Made by a program: the position numbers and the translations under genes | Shown: piece after piece, positions 10,201-25,200 of the stretch | How the letters are laid out: each line of letters opens with the position of its first letter | Numbering within the stretch: the stretch's first letter is position 1 | Notes under the pieces: generated by a model | The model's input: the letters and a program-made list of their open reading frames with translations, nothing else | Database searches by the model: none | Told to the model about the DNA's origin: nothing | Assembly: GCF_964213995.1 (NCBI RefSeq) | Contig: NC_135825.1 | Span: 11,966,001-12,030,000, forward strand | From: Mustelus asterias | Lineage: Eukaryota | Length of the DNA: 64,000 bases | Reading direction: 5' to 3'

Positions 10201-13200
10201 TGAAGATGTTCATGAGATGCCTCTTGAACCGCTGCAGTCCACGTGGTGTAGGTACACCCACAGTGCAGTGAGGGAGGGAGCACCCATCGTGTCTATGCCA
10301 GTCAAACACAATTGTCTTTCCAGCACGTGGCCCATAGCTTTGTGTGCCTTGGCATCACGAGTGCACATCAAAATATTTCTTAAATGTTATGAGGGTCTCT
10401 GAGACACCAGGAAAATTTGCCTATTCCTCTTGGAAGAGGGCCATGTAATCATTTACATTTAGCTCAAAGGACGTGTGGATCAGCAGTTCAACCAGACAAT
10501 AGCACCGTCAACAGCAGAGCGCAATCTCCGTGCTGTACAGTGATATCAACCCCTTTCTCGGAAGGAGAATTTGAACTCACAACCCATTGGTTTCAGAAAT
10601 CAGGCTGCGACCAACTGAGCCCCTTCTGACACTGACATATTTGAATATTAAACATTCAAACTGGTTAAAGTCCTCATTAATTCAGGACTATCGTTAGTGT
10701 TTATGTTAACACTGAGTAATTCAGTGTTTAGAACATGGAATTCTGAGATTTTGAGCAGCATTTTGTGATGATAGAATTTTTCGGCAAAGAAGGAAATTTG
10801 GTCCATTGCCCTCCATCGCTATGAAAGAATTTGCCATTTAGAATCAGAGAATCCATGCAGCGCACAAGGAGGCCATTTGGCCCATCGAGTCTACAACGAC
10901 ACTCCCATTGTCGTGTCTTTTCCCCAAATCCTCCTAAATGTCTGCTCCTTTTTAGCTTCCCTTGTGAAAGCTGTTATTTATTCTGTTTCTCACACAATCC
11001 ATATCTTAATAATCATTTGCATCAATAAAATTCTCCCAATTTCTCCCGCTGTCCATGTTGTGATGATCTTAACTGTATTCTCTCCAGTATTCACTCACTT
11101 ACTCCTGGAAATAATTCGTCTCAATTTATCTTATCAAAGCCTCTAATAATTTTGAATAGATTTAGCAGATCATTTCCTTCTATTCTAATGATTCTTTGCC
11201 GGTGTTAGCTGTTGGTAGCACTCTTGTGTCTGCAGCCACAAGGTTCTGTGTTCTCGCCCTACTCTTGGACTCAAAAATCAAAGCTGACACTCCTGTGCAG
11301 TACTGAGGAAGTGCTGCACTGTTGGAGGTGCTGCCTTTCGGATGGCTGTTGAACTGAGTCCCCAATCTGCCTGCTCTATGGGCAGCATGGTGGCACAGTG
11401 GTTAGCACTGCTGCCTCACAGCGCCAGAGACCCGGGTTCAAATCTGGCCTCGGGTGACTGGCTGTGTGGAGTTTGCACATTCTCCCCGTGTCTGCGTGGG
11501 TTTCCTCCGGGCACTCTGGTTTCCTCCCACAGTCCAAAGATGTGCGGATTAGGTGGATTGGCCAAGCTAAATTGCCCCTCAGTGTCAGGGGGAACTAGCT
11601 GGGGTAAATGCATGGGATTATGGGGATAAGGCCTGGGTGGGATTGACGTTGGCGGAGACTCGATGCGTCAAATGGTCTCCTTCTGCACTGTAAGATTCTA
11701 TGGATTCTATGAATCTATGGATGTATAAGATCGATGGCACTCGATCTCCTGAAGAAAAAACAGAAGCGTTATCCCAAAATCACCCGGTGATCCTTATCCC
11801 TCAATCAAAAACATGTTATCAGTTCATTATTTTGATCTTGCAGTGTGTAAATTGGCTGCTGTGTTTGGTTCCTGCCTGACAACAGTGACAGGGCTTCAAA
11901 AAGCATTTCATTGGTTGGAAAGTGCTTCGAGAAGTCAGGTGACTGTGAAAGTAAATGTAAGACATTCTTTCATTTTGTAAGTGAGACCTCTTAAGATGCT
12001 ATCATTTCACATCAACTCTTCAACTCTCGGGCCTTACCATTCATCCTAAAGCAAGAGTCATCAGCTAAAGATTGTTATTCACAATTTGATCTCCAAGAAA
12101 TGGGAACAGGAATGGTTAATGGAGACCTTGTCAGTCAAGTTCTATTTAATATTAATGGGATTACTGCAAAATTTACACATGTTTGGGGAATATTTTACGA
12201 TCCTGATATTTTCGATCAATATTTTAATCAGTAAGTTTGTTCCGAGTGGTTGAGGGACAAAGCAGAGTGAATTTTTGTCAGTTGCAGTCATTCAGAGAGA
12301 CATTAGGAAGCGAACCAGCAACCAGTATAGACAAACATCAATAAATATTTCACTGACCACATCGTATGTTTACACTATCACTTACCAACGTTGTTGATCT
12401 GTGTCACATAACTGCAATTCTCCCCTAATCCGTTGATCACTGAAATGTTAAACATTTCACTGGATTTTTCTCCCTGGTTATTTGAGGCTGTGCAGTAATA
12501 TTGATGATGTTGCTGTGTGAAGGATTGACAATGTAGATCCAGTTTATTGGTGTCAGAGATCTTTGAATCTTCGGACGGGGTCTTTTCATACCATGTGTAC
12601 TGAATGGGAAGTGATCCCTGGACAGACTCACAGGAGGCGGACACTGAGCCCCCAGAACATGAGGCATTTGGTGGTGATAGAAATTTAAGTTCAGGAACAG
12701 ACACAGGTTCTGTGGGAAAAAGACAATCATTCATGGATTTTCACAGTAACCTCATTGCAGTGTGAATGGAAGCCTACTTGTGACACTAATTTAAAAAAGC
12801 TTTAACTTTAAACTTTAAAATTTTAAACATAAGAATTACCAAAAAATTAAATAATTTCATATTACCAATATTTCAACACCTCACCCAGGGTGTGAGGAGG
12901 AAGGGGAAGTGTTAGAGAGAGAGAGAGATGGCAGTGGGAACTTGCCGAATGCAGGTAGTATCTCTTGATTGCTGACATGGACAGCAGATATTCATGATCG
13001 CAGATTAGTTCGTAACAAGCATTGGAGTGTGACCTGAGATAGTATCGAGTGATCCACCCCTGCTGCCAGTTGGAATAGGGAATTTGGCGCTCAGCCAAAT
13101 CTCCATTCACAGCAGCGGGACTGGATAATTCCAGCTGCGGACGAGTTCGGTGAAATTTGGCCATTGTTTGTATTTGTATTTAACATTTAACAGTAAGTAA

Positions 13201-16200
13201 CATTTAACATTTAAGTGTGAATACTGTTTCAATTTGAGGGTGGGGTTTTATGGCCTCGAATAAGCGAGACTGTAAAATCCCGGCCAAGGTCAACAGACAT
13301 TTCCGTTGTCTGCCCCACACCCGCTCCGATACCATGGCGGGCGAGGCAGTAAAATTCTGACGTAAGTACCATCCAAAGGACATGAGCTGGGAGATAGAAG
13401 CTATCCACTGGCAGCAACTGGATTAGTTAATTGGGGAAACTGGCTTGAACTGGTCGTTTTGTACTGAGTCCCTTTGTTCTTGAACATGTAAATTCAGACA
13501 TTCTCAGGGCAACCAGCACTGGAGTCTGACTCCGACTGAGTCTGGAGGTTTAATGAGCTGAAGGAATTTACTACGCGAGAAGAAGTGAGCTGTTGGTGAA
13601 TATCTGGTGAGTATCTAGGAAGTGGTCAAGGTCTATTTTCCATCCATCGGGAGCATGGGTGTGGTTCCTGCCAACTTGTTAACCAGGCGAGCGGGTTCCA
13701 AGGTGCAATAAATCTGACCCCATCTCTCTGGATCATTACTCTGGGCCTCTGAATTACAATTCCTCCAACATAATCATTGTGCTAACTACCCTCTAGCTCC
13801 AGACCCTACACTGCTGCGGAGCCTCGGGATATCGGAGCTGTCAATGTCTCCCCCCAGATAAAGCACCGATCACGCATTTGAGTCGAGAGTAATAACGATA
13901 ATCACTGAGAACAATGTACCGTCAGATATTTGTAGCTTTACAGGAAATATTGAAAGGAAGCCATGCTTATGAACACCACAGCTGTACCATCCTGCATCTC
14001 CTGAATGAAGATCCTCCACAGTAACAACAAATGATCTTTGTGTCTTGTGATCTGTGATCGACATTCTCCCTCGCCGTCCATCTGGATCGTCTGATTTTAC
14101 CAAAACAGAGCACTGACGACTCCAAGATTTCACATGGGACTGGGACAATTTGTCATAGTGACAATCTATAGTGATCGATCTTCCCAAAACTCCTGTTACT
14201 TTATTTTTTGCCCACAAGGCACTTGGAGCTGAAAAGACAACAGGTCAAAAGTTGAACTGAAAATAATTGCTCAATACAAACAGATATATTTCAATAGGAA
14301 TTACCACTGTGTTCAGATAAATCTTTCCAATACATCTTCTAATGCAATTGGATACTTCCTTGTTTGAGATCATTGGGCACAGTGAATATGTGCTTCCTGC
14401 GGATTGATAATTAGACAACCATATTGAGATTGTACACCAAGCCCTTTATAAAACAAGACCCTGAGTGGTTCCATTAATCTTTTAGTCCTGGTTGGGACCT
14501 GTTGGGTTCACTACAGGTGTGTGGTAATTCATTATTTTCATTTTGTACAATTGAAGCACGGTTCCTTCACAGCCAGCTCCTGGAGTTATTGTATTCTCAA
14601 ACAGCAATTGTCAGACAGCAGATTGTCTGCTCATGATCACGTTGCTCTTCGAGGGAGCTTCGTGCTCACAAATTGGTGCTGAGCTTCCTACATCACAACA
14701 ATGGCCCTGAATCAGTCCCAGCATTGACCAGAACGGACTTTAAAACTATCCTGAAGTTGTGAGAAGTGAAAAATAAATGCAATTCTATTTTTATTAAAAT
14801 TGCTTTGAACGACCAATCGAACTAAACCTGTGAGCATTCAACCAGACATTCATTTAAAAATTAGTTGAATCTTTTGAAACTTAAAGTGATATTTACCAAT
14901 GTTGCTGATTTGTGTTAAGTAACTGCAATCATTCTCTGAAATGTGGATCACTGACACTGTAACCATTTCACTGGATTTTTCCCCCTGGTTATTTGAGGCT
15001 GTGCAGTAATATTGATGATGTTGCTGTCTGAATGATTGACAATGTAGATCCAGTTTATTGGTGCCAGAGATCTTTGAATCTTCAGACGGGGTCTTTTCAT
15101 ACCATGTGTACTGAATGGGAAGTGATCCCTGGACAGACTCACAGGAGACGGACACTGAGCCCCCAGAACATGAGGCATTTGGTGGTGATAAAAATCTAAG
15201 TTCAGGAACAGACATGGGTTCTGTCGGAAAAAGACAATCATGAATGGATTTTCAAAGTAACTTTATTGCAGTGTTAATGTAAGCCTAATTGTGACACAAA
15301 TTTTAAAAAGCTTTAACTTTAAACTTTGAAACTTTAAACTTGAGAATGACCAAAAAATTCAATAGTTTCATATTACCAATATTTCTACACCTCATCCAGG
15401 GTGTGAGGAGGAAGGGAAATTGTTAGAGAGAGAGAGAGAGATGGCAGTGGGAGCTTGGCCGAATGCAGGTAGTATCTGTTGCTCGCTGTCACGGACAGCA
15501 GATATTCATGATAGCAGATTAGATAGCAACAAGCATTGGAGTGTGACCTGAGATAGACTGTGGACGTTTACTGAGATAATGGAGACTGAAAATATCTATC
15601 TAAAAATCTAATCTTGACCTGAAATCTCTGATATCGAGTGATCCGCCCCTGCTGCCAGTTGGAATAGGGAAATTGGCGCTCAGCAAAACTCAGTTCACAG
15701 CAGCGGGACTGGATAATTCCAGCTGTGGACAGGTTCGGTGAAATTCGGCCATTATTTGTATTTGTATTTAACATTTAACAGTAAGTACCATTTAACATTT
15801 AAGTGTTTAAAGTCGTTGGCGGGGATTTATGGCCTCGAATGAGCGAGACTGGATAATCTTGCCCAATGTCAACAGACATTTCCGTTGTCTGCCCCACACC
15901 CGCTCCGATACCATGGCGGGGCGAGGCAGTAAAATTCTGACGTCTCATCCAAAGGGCATGAGCTGGGAGATAGAAGCTATCCACTGGCAGCAACTGGAAT
16001 AGTTAATTGGGGAAACTGGCTTGAACTGGTCTTTTTGTACTGAGTCACTTTGTTTTTGAACATATAAATTCAGACATTCTAAATGCAACTAGCACTGGAG
16101 TCTGCCTTCAACCGAGTGTGGAGGTTTAATGAGCTGAATGAATTTACTGCAGGGGAAGAAGTGAGCTGTTGGTGAGTATCTGGTGAGTATCCGGGAAGTG

Positions 16201-19200
16201 GTCAAGGTCTATTGTCCAGGCATCGGGAGCATGGGTGGGGTCCTTGCCAACTTGTTAATCAGGAGAGCCGGTTCCTAGGTGCAATAAATCTGACCCCATC
16301 TCTCTGGATCATTACTCTGGGCCTCTGAATTACAATTCCTCCAACATAATCATTGTTCTAACTGCCCTCTCGCTGCCAGACTCTGCACTGCTGCGGAGCC
16401 TCGGGATATCGGAGCTGTCAATGTCTCCTCCCAGATAAAGCACCGATCAGACATTTCAGTCGCGAGGAAGAAAGACAATCAATGAGAACAATGTACCGTC
16501 AGATATTTGGAGCTTTACAGGAAATATTGAAAGGAAGCCGTGCTTATGAATACCACAGCTGTACCATCCTGCATCTCCTGAACGAAGATCCTCAATCGTA
16601 ACAACAAATGATCTTTGTGTCTTGTTATCTGTGATCGACATTCTCCCTCGCCGTCCATCTGGATCGTCTGATTTTACCAAAACAGAGCACTGACGACTCC
16701 AATATTTCACATGGGACTGGGGCAATTTGTCATAGTGACAATCTATAGTGATCGATCTTCCCAAAACTCCTGTTACTTTATTTTTTGTCCACAAGTCACT
16801 TGGAGCTGAAAAGACAACAGGTCAAAAATTGAACTGAAAATAATTGCTTCATACAAACAGATATATTTCAATAGGAATTACCACTGTGTTCAGAGAAATC
16901 TCTCCAATACATCTTCTAATGCAATTGGATACTTTCTTGTTTGAGATCGTTGGGGTCATTCAATATGTGCTTCCTGCGGATTGATAATTAGACAACCATA
17001 TTGAGATTGTATACACAGCCCTTTATAAAGCAAGACCCTGAGTGGTTCCATTAATCTTTTAGTCCTGGTTGGGACCTGTTGTGTTCACCACAGGTGTGTG
17101 GTTATTCTTTATTTTCATTTTGTACAATAGAAGCACGGTTCCTTCACAGCCAGCTCCTGGAGTTGTTATATTCTCAAACAGCAATTGTCAGACTGCAGAT
17201 TGTATGCTCATCATCACATTGCTCTTTGAGGGAGCTTATTGCTCACAAATTGGTGCTGAGCTTCCTACATCACAACAATGGCTCTGAATCAGTTCCAGCA
17301 TTGACCAGAACGGACTTTAAAACTGTCCTGAAGTTGTGAAAAGTGAAAAACGAATGCAATTCTATTTTTATTAAAATTGCTTTGAACGACCAATAGAACT
17401 AAACCTGTGATCAATTCAGACAGACATTAATTTAGAAATTAGTTGAATCTTTTGAAACTTAAGGTGATATTTACCAATGTTGCTGATTTGAGTCACATAA
17501 CTGCAATCATTCTCTGAAATGTGGATCACTGACCCTGTAACCATTTCACTGGATTTTTCTCCCTGTTTATTTGAGGCTGTGCAGTAATATTGATGATGTT
17601 GCTGTCTGAATGATTGACAATGGAGATCCAGTTTATTGGTGCCAGAGATCTTTGAATCTTCAGACGGGGTCTTTTCATACCATGTGTACTGAATGGGAAG
17701 TGATCCCTGGACAGACTCACAGGAGATGGACACTGAGCCCCCAGAACATGAGGCATTTGGCGGTGATAAAAATTTAAGTTCAGGAACAGACACGGGTTCT
17801 GTGGGAAAAAGACAATCATGAACGGATTTTCACAGTAACTTCATTGCAGTGTTAATGTAAGCGTACTTGTGACACAAATTTTAAAAAGCTTTAACTTTAA
17901 ACTTTGAAACTTTAAACTTGAGAATGACCAAAAAATTAAATAGTTTCATATTACCAATATTTCAACACCTCATCCAGTGTGTGAGGAGGAAGGGAAAGTG
18001 TTAGAGAGAGAGAGAGATGGCAGTGGGAGCTTGGCCGAATGCAGGTAGTATCTATTGATTGCTGTCGCGGACAGCAGATATTCATGATAGCAGATTAGAT
18101 AGCAACAAGCATTGGAGTGTGACCTGAGATAGACTGTGGATGTTTGCTGAGATAACGGAGACTGAAAATATCTATCTAAAAATCTAATCTTGACCTGAAA
18201 TCTCTGATATCGAGTGATCCGCCCCTGCTGCCAGTTGGAATAGGGAATTTGGCGCTCAGCCAAATCTCCATTCACAGCAGCGGGACTGGATAATTCCAGC
18301 TGTGGACAGGTTCGGTGAAATTCGGCCATTATTTGGATTTGTATTTTTCATTTAACAGTAAGTACCATTTAACATTTAAGTGTGAGTACTGTTTAAAGTC
18401 GAGGGCGGAGATTTATGGTCTCGAATGAGCGAGACTGGAAAATCTTGCCCAATGTCAACAGACATTTCCGTTGTCTGCCCCACACCCGCTCCGATACCAT
18501 GCTGGGCGAGGCAGTAAAATTCTGACGTATCATCCAAAGGGCATGAGCTGGGAGATAGAAGCTATCCACTGGCAGCAACTGGAATAGTTAATTGGGGAAA
18601 CTGGCTTGTACTGGCCTTTTTGTACTGAGTCCCTTTGTTTTTGTACATATAAATTCAGTCATTCTCAGTGCAACCAGCACTGGAGTCTGCCTTCAACCGA
18701 GTGTGGAGGTTTAATGAGCTGAAGGATTTTACTGCAGGGGAAGGAGTGAGCTGTTGGTGAATATCTGGTGAATATCCAGGGAGTGGTCAAGATCTATTGT
18801 CCAACCATCGGGAGCATGGGTGTGGTTCCTGCCAACTTGTTAACCAGGAGAGCGCGGTCCAAGGTGCAATAAATCTGACCCCATCTCTCTGGATCATTAC
18901 TCTGGGCCTCTGAATTACAATTCCTCCAGCATAATCATTGTGCGAACTGCCCTCTCGCTGCCAGACTCTGCACTGCTGTGAAGCCTCGGGATATCGGAGC
19001 TGTCAATGCCTCCTCCCAGATAAAGCACCATCAGACATTTCAGTCAAGAGTAATAAAAATAATCACTGAGAACAATGTACCGTCAGATATTTGTAGCTTT
19101 ACAGGAAACATTGAAAGGAAGCCGGGCTTATCAATACCACAGCTGTACCATCCTGCATCTCCTGAGTGAAGATCCTCCATAGTAACAACAAATAATCCTT

Positions 19201-22200
19201 GTGTCTTGTGATCTGTGATCGACATTCTCCCTCGCCGTCCATCTGGATCGTCTGATTTTACCAAAACAGAGCACTGAACACTCCAAGATTTCACATGTGA
19301 CTGGGACAATTTGTCATAGTGACAATCTATAGTGATCGATCTTCCCAAAACTCCTGTTACATTATTTTTTGCCCACAATGCACTTGCAGCTGAAAAGACA
19401 ACAGGTCAAAAATTGAACTGAAAATAATTGCTTAATACAAACAGATATATTTCAATAGGAATTACCGCTGTGTGCAGAGAAATCTCTCCAATACATCTTC
19501 TAATGCAATTGGATACTTTCTTGTTGAGATCGTTGGGCACATCAAATATGTGCTCCCTGCAGATTGATAATTAGACAACCATATTGAGATTGTATCCCAA
19601 GCCCTTTATGAAGCAAGACCTTGAGAGGGTCCATTAATCTTTTAGTCCAGGTTGGGACCTGTTGTATTTACCACAGGCGTGTGGTTATTGTATATTTTCA
19701 TTTAGTACAATAAAAGCACGGTTCCTTCACATCCGGCTCCTGGAGTTATTATTTTCTCAAACAGCAATTGTCAACCAGCAGATTGTCTGCTCATGATCAC
19801 ATTGCTCTTTGAGGGGTCTTATTGCTCACCAATTGGTGCTGAGCTTCCTACATCACAACAATGGCTCTGAATCAGTTCCAACATTGACAAGAGTGATAAG
19901 GGAAATATGAAGCCATCAGGCAGGAGATTAGAGGCGTAAATTGGAAGGAGGCACTCTCGAGGAAAAGTACCGAAGTAGGGTGGCAGATTTTCAAGGAATG
20001 TTTGTCTGGAGTTCTGCATGACAACGTTCCGATGAGACAGGGAGGTGTTTGTAGGTTACGGGAACCGTGGTTCACGAAAGCTGCACTGAACCTAGTCAAA
20101 AAGAAAAGGAAAGCGTACAAAAGGTTCAGAGAGCTAGGCAATGATAGCGATCTAGATGAGGATACGGCTTGTAGGAAGGGACTTAAGAAAGAAATTAGGA
20201 GAGCCAGAAGGGGTCACGAGAAGACCTTGGCAGATCAGATGAAGGAGAACCCTAATGCGTTCTATAAATATGTGAAGAATAAAAGGATGAGATGTGTAGG
20301 AATAGGACCTATAAAATGTGAAGGTGAGAAAGTCTGTACAGAACCGGAAGAAATATCAGAGGTGCTTAATGAATCTTTTACCTCGGTATTCACGGTAGAA
20401 AAAGACCTGGGTGGTTGTACGACAGGATTGAGGCGGACTGAAAAGATTGAGTGCATTAATAAAGAGGATGTATTGGAAATTTTGAATAGCATCAAGATAG
20501 ATAAGTCGCCGGGACCGGATGGGATGTACCCCAGGTTACTGTGGGAGGTGAAGGAAGAGATTGCAGAGCCTCTGGCGATGATCTTTGCGTCGTCGATAGA
20601 GACGGGAGAGGTTCTGGAGGATTGGAGGATTGCAGATGTGGTTCCTATATTCAAGAAAGGGAATAGGGATAGCCCAGGAAATTACCGGCCGGTGAGTCTA
20701 ACCTCAGTGGTTGGTAAGTTGATGGAAAAGATCCTGAGGGACAGGATTTATGAACATTTAGAGAAGTTTAGTATGCTCAAAAGGAGTCAGCACAGAACAA
20801 AGAACAAAGAACAAAGAACAGTACAGCACAGGAAACAGGCCCTTCGGCCCTCCAAGCCTGTGCCGCTCCTTGGCCCAACTAGACCAATCGTTTGTATCCC
20901 TCCATTCCCAGGCTGCTCATGTGACTATCCAGGTAAGTCTTAAACGATGTCAACGTGCCTGCCTCCACCACCCTACTTGGCAGCGCATTCCAGGCCCCCA
21001 CCACCCTCTGTGTAAAAAACATCCCTCTGATATCTGAGTTATACTTCGCCCCTCTCACCTTGAGCCCGTGACCCCTCGCGATCGTCACCTCCGACCTGGG
21101 AAAAAACTTCCCACTGTTCACCCTATCTATCCCCTTCATAATCTTGTACACCTCTATTAGATCTCCCCTCATTCTCTGTCTTTCCAGGGAGAACAACCCC
21201 AATTTACCCAATCTGTCCTCATAGCTAAGACCCTCCATACCAGGCAACATCCTGGTAAACCTCTGCACTCTCTCTAACGCCTCCACGTCCTTCTGGTAGT
21301 GCGGCGACCAGAACTGGACGCAGTACTCCAAATGTGGCCTAACCAGCGTTCTATACAGCTGCATCATCAGACTCCAGCTTTTATACTCTATACCCCGTCC
21401 TATAAAGGCAAGCATACCATATGCCTTCTTCACCACCGTCTCCACCTGTGTTGCTACCTTCAAGGATTTGTGGACTTGCACACCTAGGGTCCCTCTGTGT
21501 TTCTATAGTCCTGATGACTCTGCCATTTATTGTATAACTCCTCCCTACATTATTTCTTCCAAAATGCATCACTTCGCACTTATCCGGATTAAACTCCATC
21601 TGCCACCTCTCCGCCCAATTTTCCAGCCTATCTATATCCTGCTGTATTGCCCGACAATGCTCTTCGCTATCCGCAAGTCCAGCCATCTTCGTGTCATTCG
21701 CAAACTTGCTGATTACACCAGTTACACCTTCTTCCAAATCATTTATATATATCACAAATAGCAGAGGCCCCAGTACAGAGCCCTGCGGAACACCACTGGT
21801 CACAGACCTCCAGCCAAAGGCAAATCGTGCCTTACGAGCCTGGTGGAGTTCTTTGAAAATGTGACTAAACACATTGATGAAGGAAAAGCGGTAGATGTGG
21901 TTTACATGGACTTCAGCAACGCGTTCGATAAGGTCCCCCATGCAAGACTTCTCGAGAAAGTGAGAGGGCATGGGATCCAAGATGCTGTTGCCTTGTGGAT
22001 CCAGAACTGACTTGCCTGCAGAAGGCAGAGAGTGGTTGTAGATGGGTCTTTTTCTGAATGGAGGTCGGTCACCAGTGGAGTGCCCCAGGGATCTGTTCTG
22101 GGACCCTTGCTGTTTGTCATTTTCATAAATGACCTGGATGAGGAAGTGGAGGGATGGGTTGGTAAGTTTGCCGATGACACGAAGGTTGGTGGTGTTGTGG

Positions 22201-25200
22201 ATAGGTTGGAGGGATGTCAGAAGCTGCAACGTGACATAGATAGGATGCAAGACTGGGCGGAGAAGTGGGAGATGGACTTCAACCTGGATAAATGTGTAGT
22301 GGTCCATTTTGGCAGGTCAAATGGGATGAAGGAGTATAATATAAAGGGTAAGACTCTTAGCAGTGTAGAGGATCAGAAGGACCTTGGAGTCTGGGTCCAT
22401 AGGACTCTTAAATCGGCCTCGCAGGTAGAGGAGGTGGTTAAGAAGGCGTATGGTGTGCTGGCCTTCATCAAGTGAGGGATTGAGTTTAGGAGTCAGGAGA
22501 TAATGATGCAGTTTTATAAGACCCTCGTCAGACCCCACTTGGGGTACTGTGCTCAGTTCTGATCACCTCATTACTGGAGGGATGTGGAAATGATTGAAAG
22601 GGTGCAGAAAAGATTTACAAGGATGTTGCCTGGATTGGTTGGCATGCCTTAGGAGGATAGGTTGAGGGAGCTCGGTCTTTTCTCCTTGGAGAGACGAAGG
22701 ATGAGAGGTGACCTGATAGAGGTGTACAAGATGTTGAGAGGTATAGATCAGGTGGATTCTCGGAGGCTCTTTCCCCGGGCTGAAATGGCTGCTACGAGAG
22801 GACACAGGTTTACGGTGCTGGGGAGTAGGTACAGAGATGTCAGGGGTAAGTTTTTCACTCAGAGGGTGGTGGGTGAGTGGAATCGACTGCCGTCAGTGGT
22901 GGTGGAGGCAATCTCGATAGGGTCTTTTAAGAGACTTCTGGATGAGTACATGGGACTTAATAGGATTGAGGGTTATAAGTAAGCCTATATGTAAGCTTAG
23001 GTAGGTAGGGACATGACCGGTGCAACTTGTGGGCCGAAGGGCCTGTTTGTGCTGTATTTTTACTTTGTTCTATGTTCTATGAACTGACTTTAAAACTGTC
23101 CTGAAGTTGTGAAAAGTGAAAAATAAATGCAATTCCATTTTTATTGAAATTTCTTTGAACGACCAATAGAACTAAACGCGTGAGCAATGCAAACAGACAT
23201 TAATTTAAAAATTAATTGAATTTTCTGAAGCTTAAAGTGATAGTTACCAATGTTGCTGATTTGTGTCACATAACTGCAATCATTCTCTGAAATGTGGATC
23301 ACTGACACTGGAACCATTTCACTGGATTTTTCTCCCTGGTTATTTGAGGCTGTGCAGTAATATTGATGATGTTGCTGTTTGAAGGATTGACAATGTAGAT
23401 CCAGTTTATTGGTGTCAGAGATCTTTGAATCTTCAGACGGGGTCTTTTCATACCATGTGTACTGAATGGGAAGTGATCCCTGGACAGACTCACAGGAGAC
23501 GGACACGGAGCCCCCAGAACATGAGGCATTTGGTGGTGATAGAAATTTAAGTTCAGGAACTGACACAGGTTCTGTGGGAAAAGACAATCATCAACGGATT
23601 TTCACAGAAACTTCATTGCAGTGTTAATGTCAGCCTACTTGTGACAACAATTAAATAAATGTTTAACATTAAACTTCAAAACTTTGAACTTTCGAATGAC
23701 CAAAAAATTAAATAGTTTCATCATACCAATATTTCTACACCTCATCCAGGGTGTGAGGAGGAAGGGAAAGTGTTGGAGAGAGAGAGAGATGGCAGAGGGA
23801 TCTTGGCCGAATGCAGGTAGTATCTATTGATTGCTGTCACGGACAGTTAGTAACAAGCATTGAAGTGTCACCTGAGATGGACTGTGGATGTTTACTGAGA
23901 TAACGGAGACGTAAATATCTTTCTAAAAATCTAATCTTGACCTGAATTCTCCGATATCGAGTGATCCGCCCCTGCTGCCAGTTGGAAGAGGGAATTTGGC
24001 GCTCGGCCAAATCTCCATTCACAGCAGCGGGACTGGATAATTCCAGCTGCGGAGTTTGGTGAATTCCAGCCATTGTTTGTATTTGTATTTATCATATAAC
24101 AATAAATACCATGTAACATTTAAGTGCGAGTACTGTTTAAAGTCTATGGCGGGGTTTTATGGCCTCGAGTGAGCGAGACTGGAAAATCCTGCCAAAGGTC
24201 AACAGACATTTCCGTTGTCTGCCCCACACCCGCTCGGATACCGGGTAAATATGTGGGGGTAGGGCCTGGGTGGTCGGTGCAGATTCGATGGCCGAATGGC
24301 CTCCTTCTGCACTGTAGGGTTTCTATAATAAGAAAAAAAAATGGCGGGCGAGGCAGTAAAATTCTGACGAAAGTATCAACCAAAGGGCATGAGCTGGGAG
24401 ATAGAAGCTATCCACTGGCAGCAACTGGAATAGATAATTGGGGAAACTGGCTTGAACTGGCCTTTTTGTACTGAGTCACTTTGTTTTTGAACACATAAAT
24501 TCAGACATTCTCAGTGCAACCAGCACTGGAGTCTGCCTTCAACCGAGTGTGGAGGTTTAATGATCTGAAGGAATTTTCTACAGGAGAATAAGTGAGCTGT
24601 TGGTGAGTATCTGGTGAGTATCCGGGAAGTGGTCAAGGTCTATTGTCCAGGCATCAGGAGCAAGGGTGGGGTTTTCTCCAACTTGTTAACCAGGAGTGCA
24701 GTGTCCAAGGTGCAATAAATCTGACCCCATCTCTCTGGATCATTACTCTGGGCCTCTGAATTACAATTCCTCCAACATGATCATTGTTCTAACTGCCCTC
24801 TAGCTGCCAGACTCTGCACTGCTGCGGAGCCTCAGGATATCGGAGCTGTCAATGTCTCCTCCCAGATAAAGCACCGATCAGACATTTCAGTCGAGAGTAA
24901 TAAAGATAATCACGGAGAACAATGTACCGTCAGATATTTGTAGCTTTACAGGAAATATGGAAAGGAGGCCGGGCTTATCAATTCCACAGCTGTACCATCC
25001 TGCATCTCCCGAACGAAGATCCTCCATCGTAACAACAAATAATCCTTGTGTCTTGTTATCTGTGATCGACATTCTCCCTCGCCGTCCATCTGGATCGTCT
25101 GATTTTACCAAAACAGAGCACTGAACACTCCAAGATTTCACATGTGACTGGGACAATTTGTCAGAGTGACAATCTATAGTGATCGATCTTCCCAAAACTC

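Noticed and set aside
11380-11460. tRNA genes at A/B-box motifs
   Set aside because: These are SINE heads followed by SINE core and tail, not complete cloverleaves.
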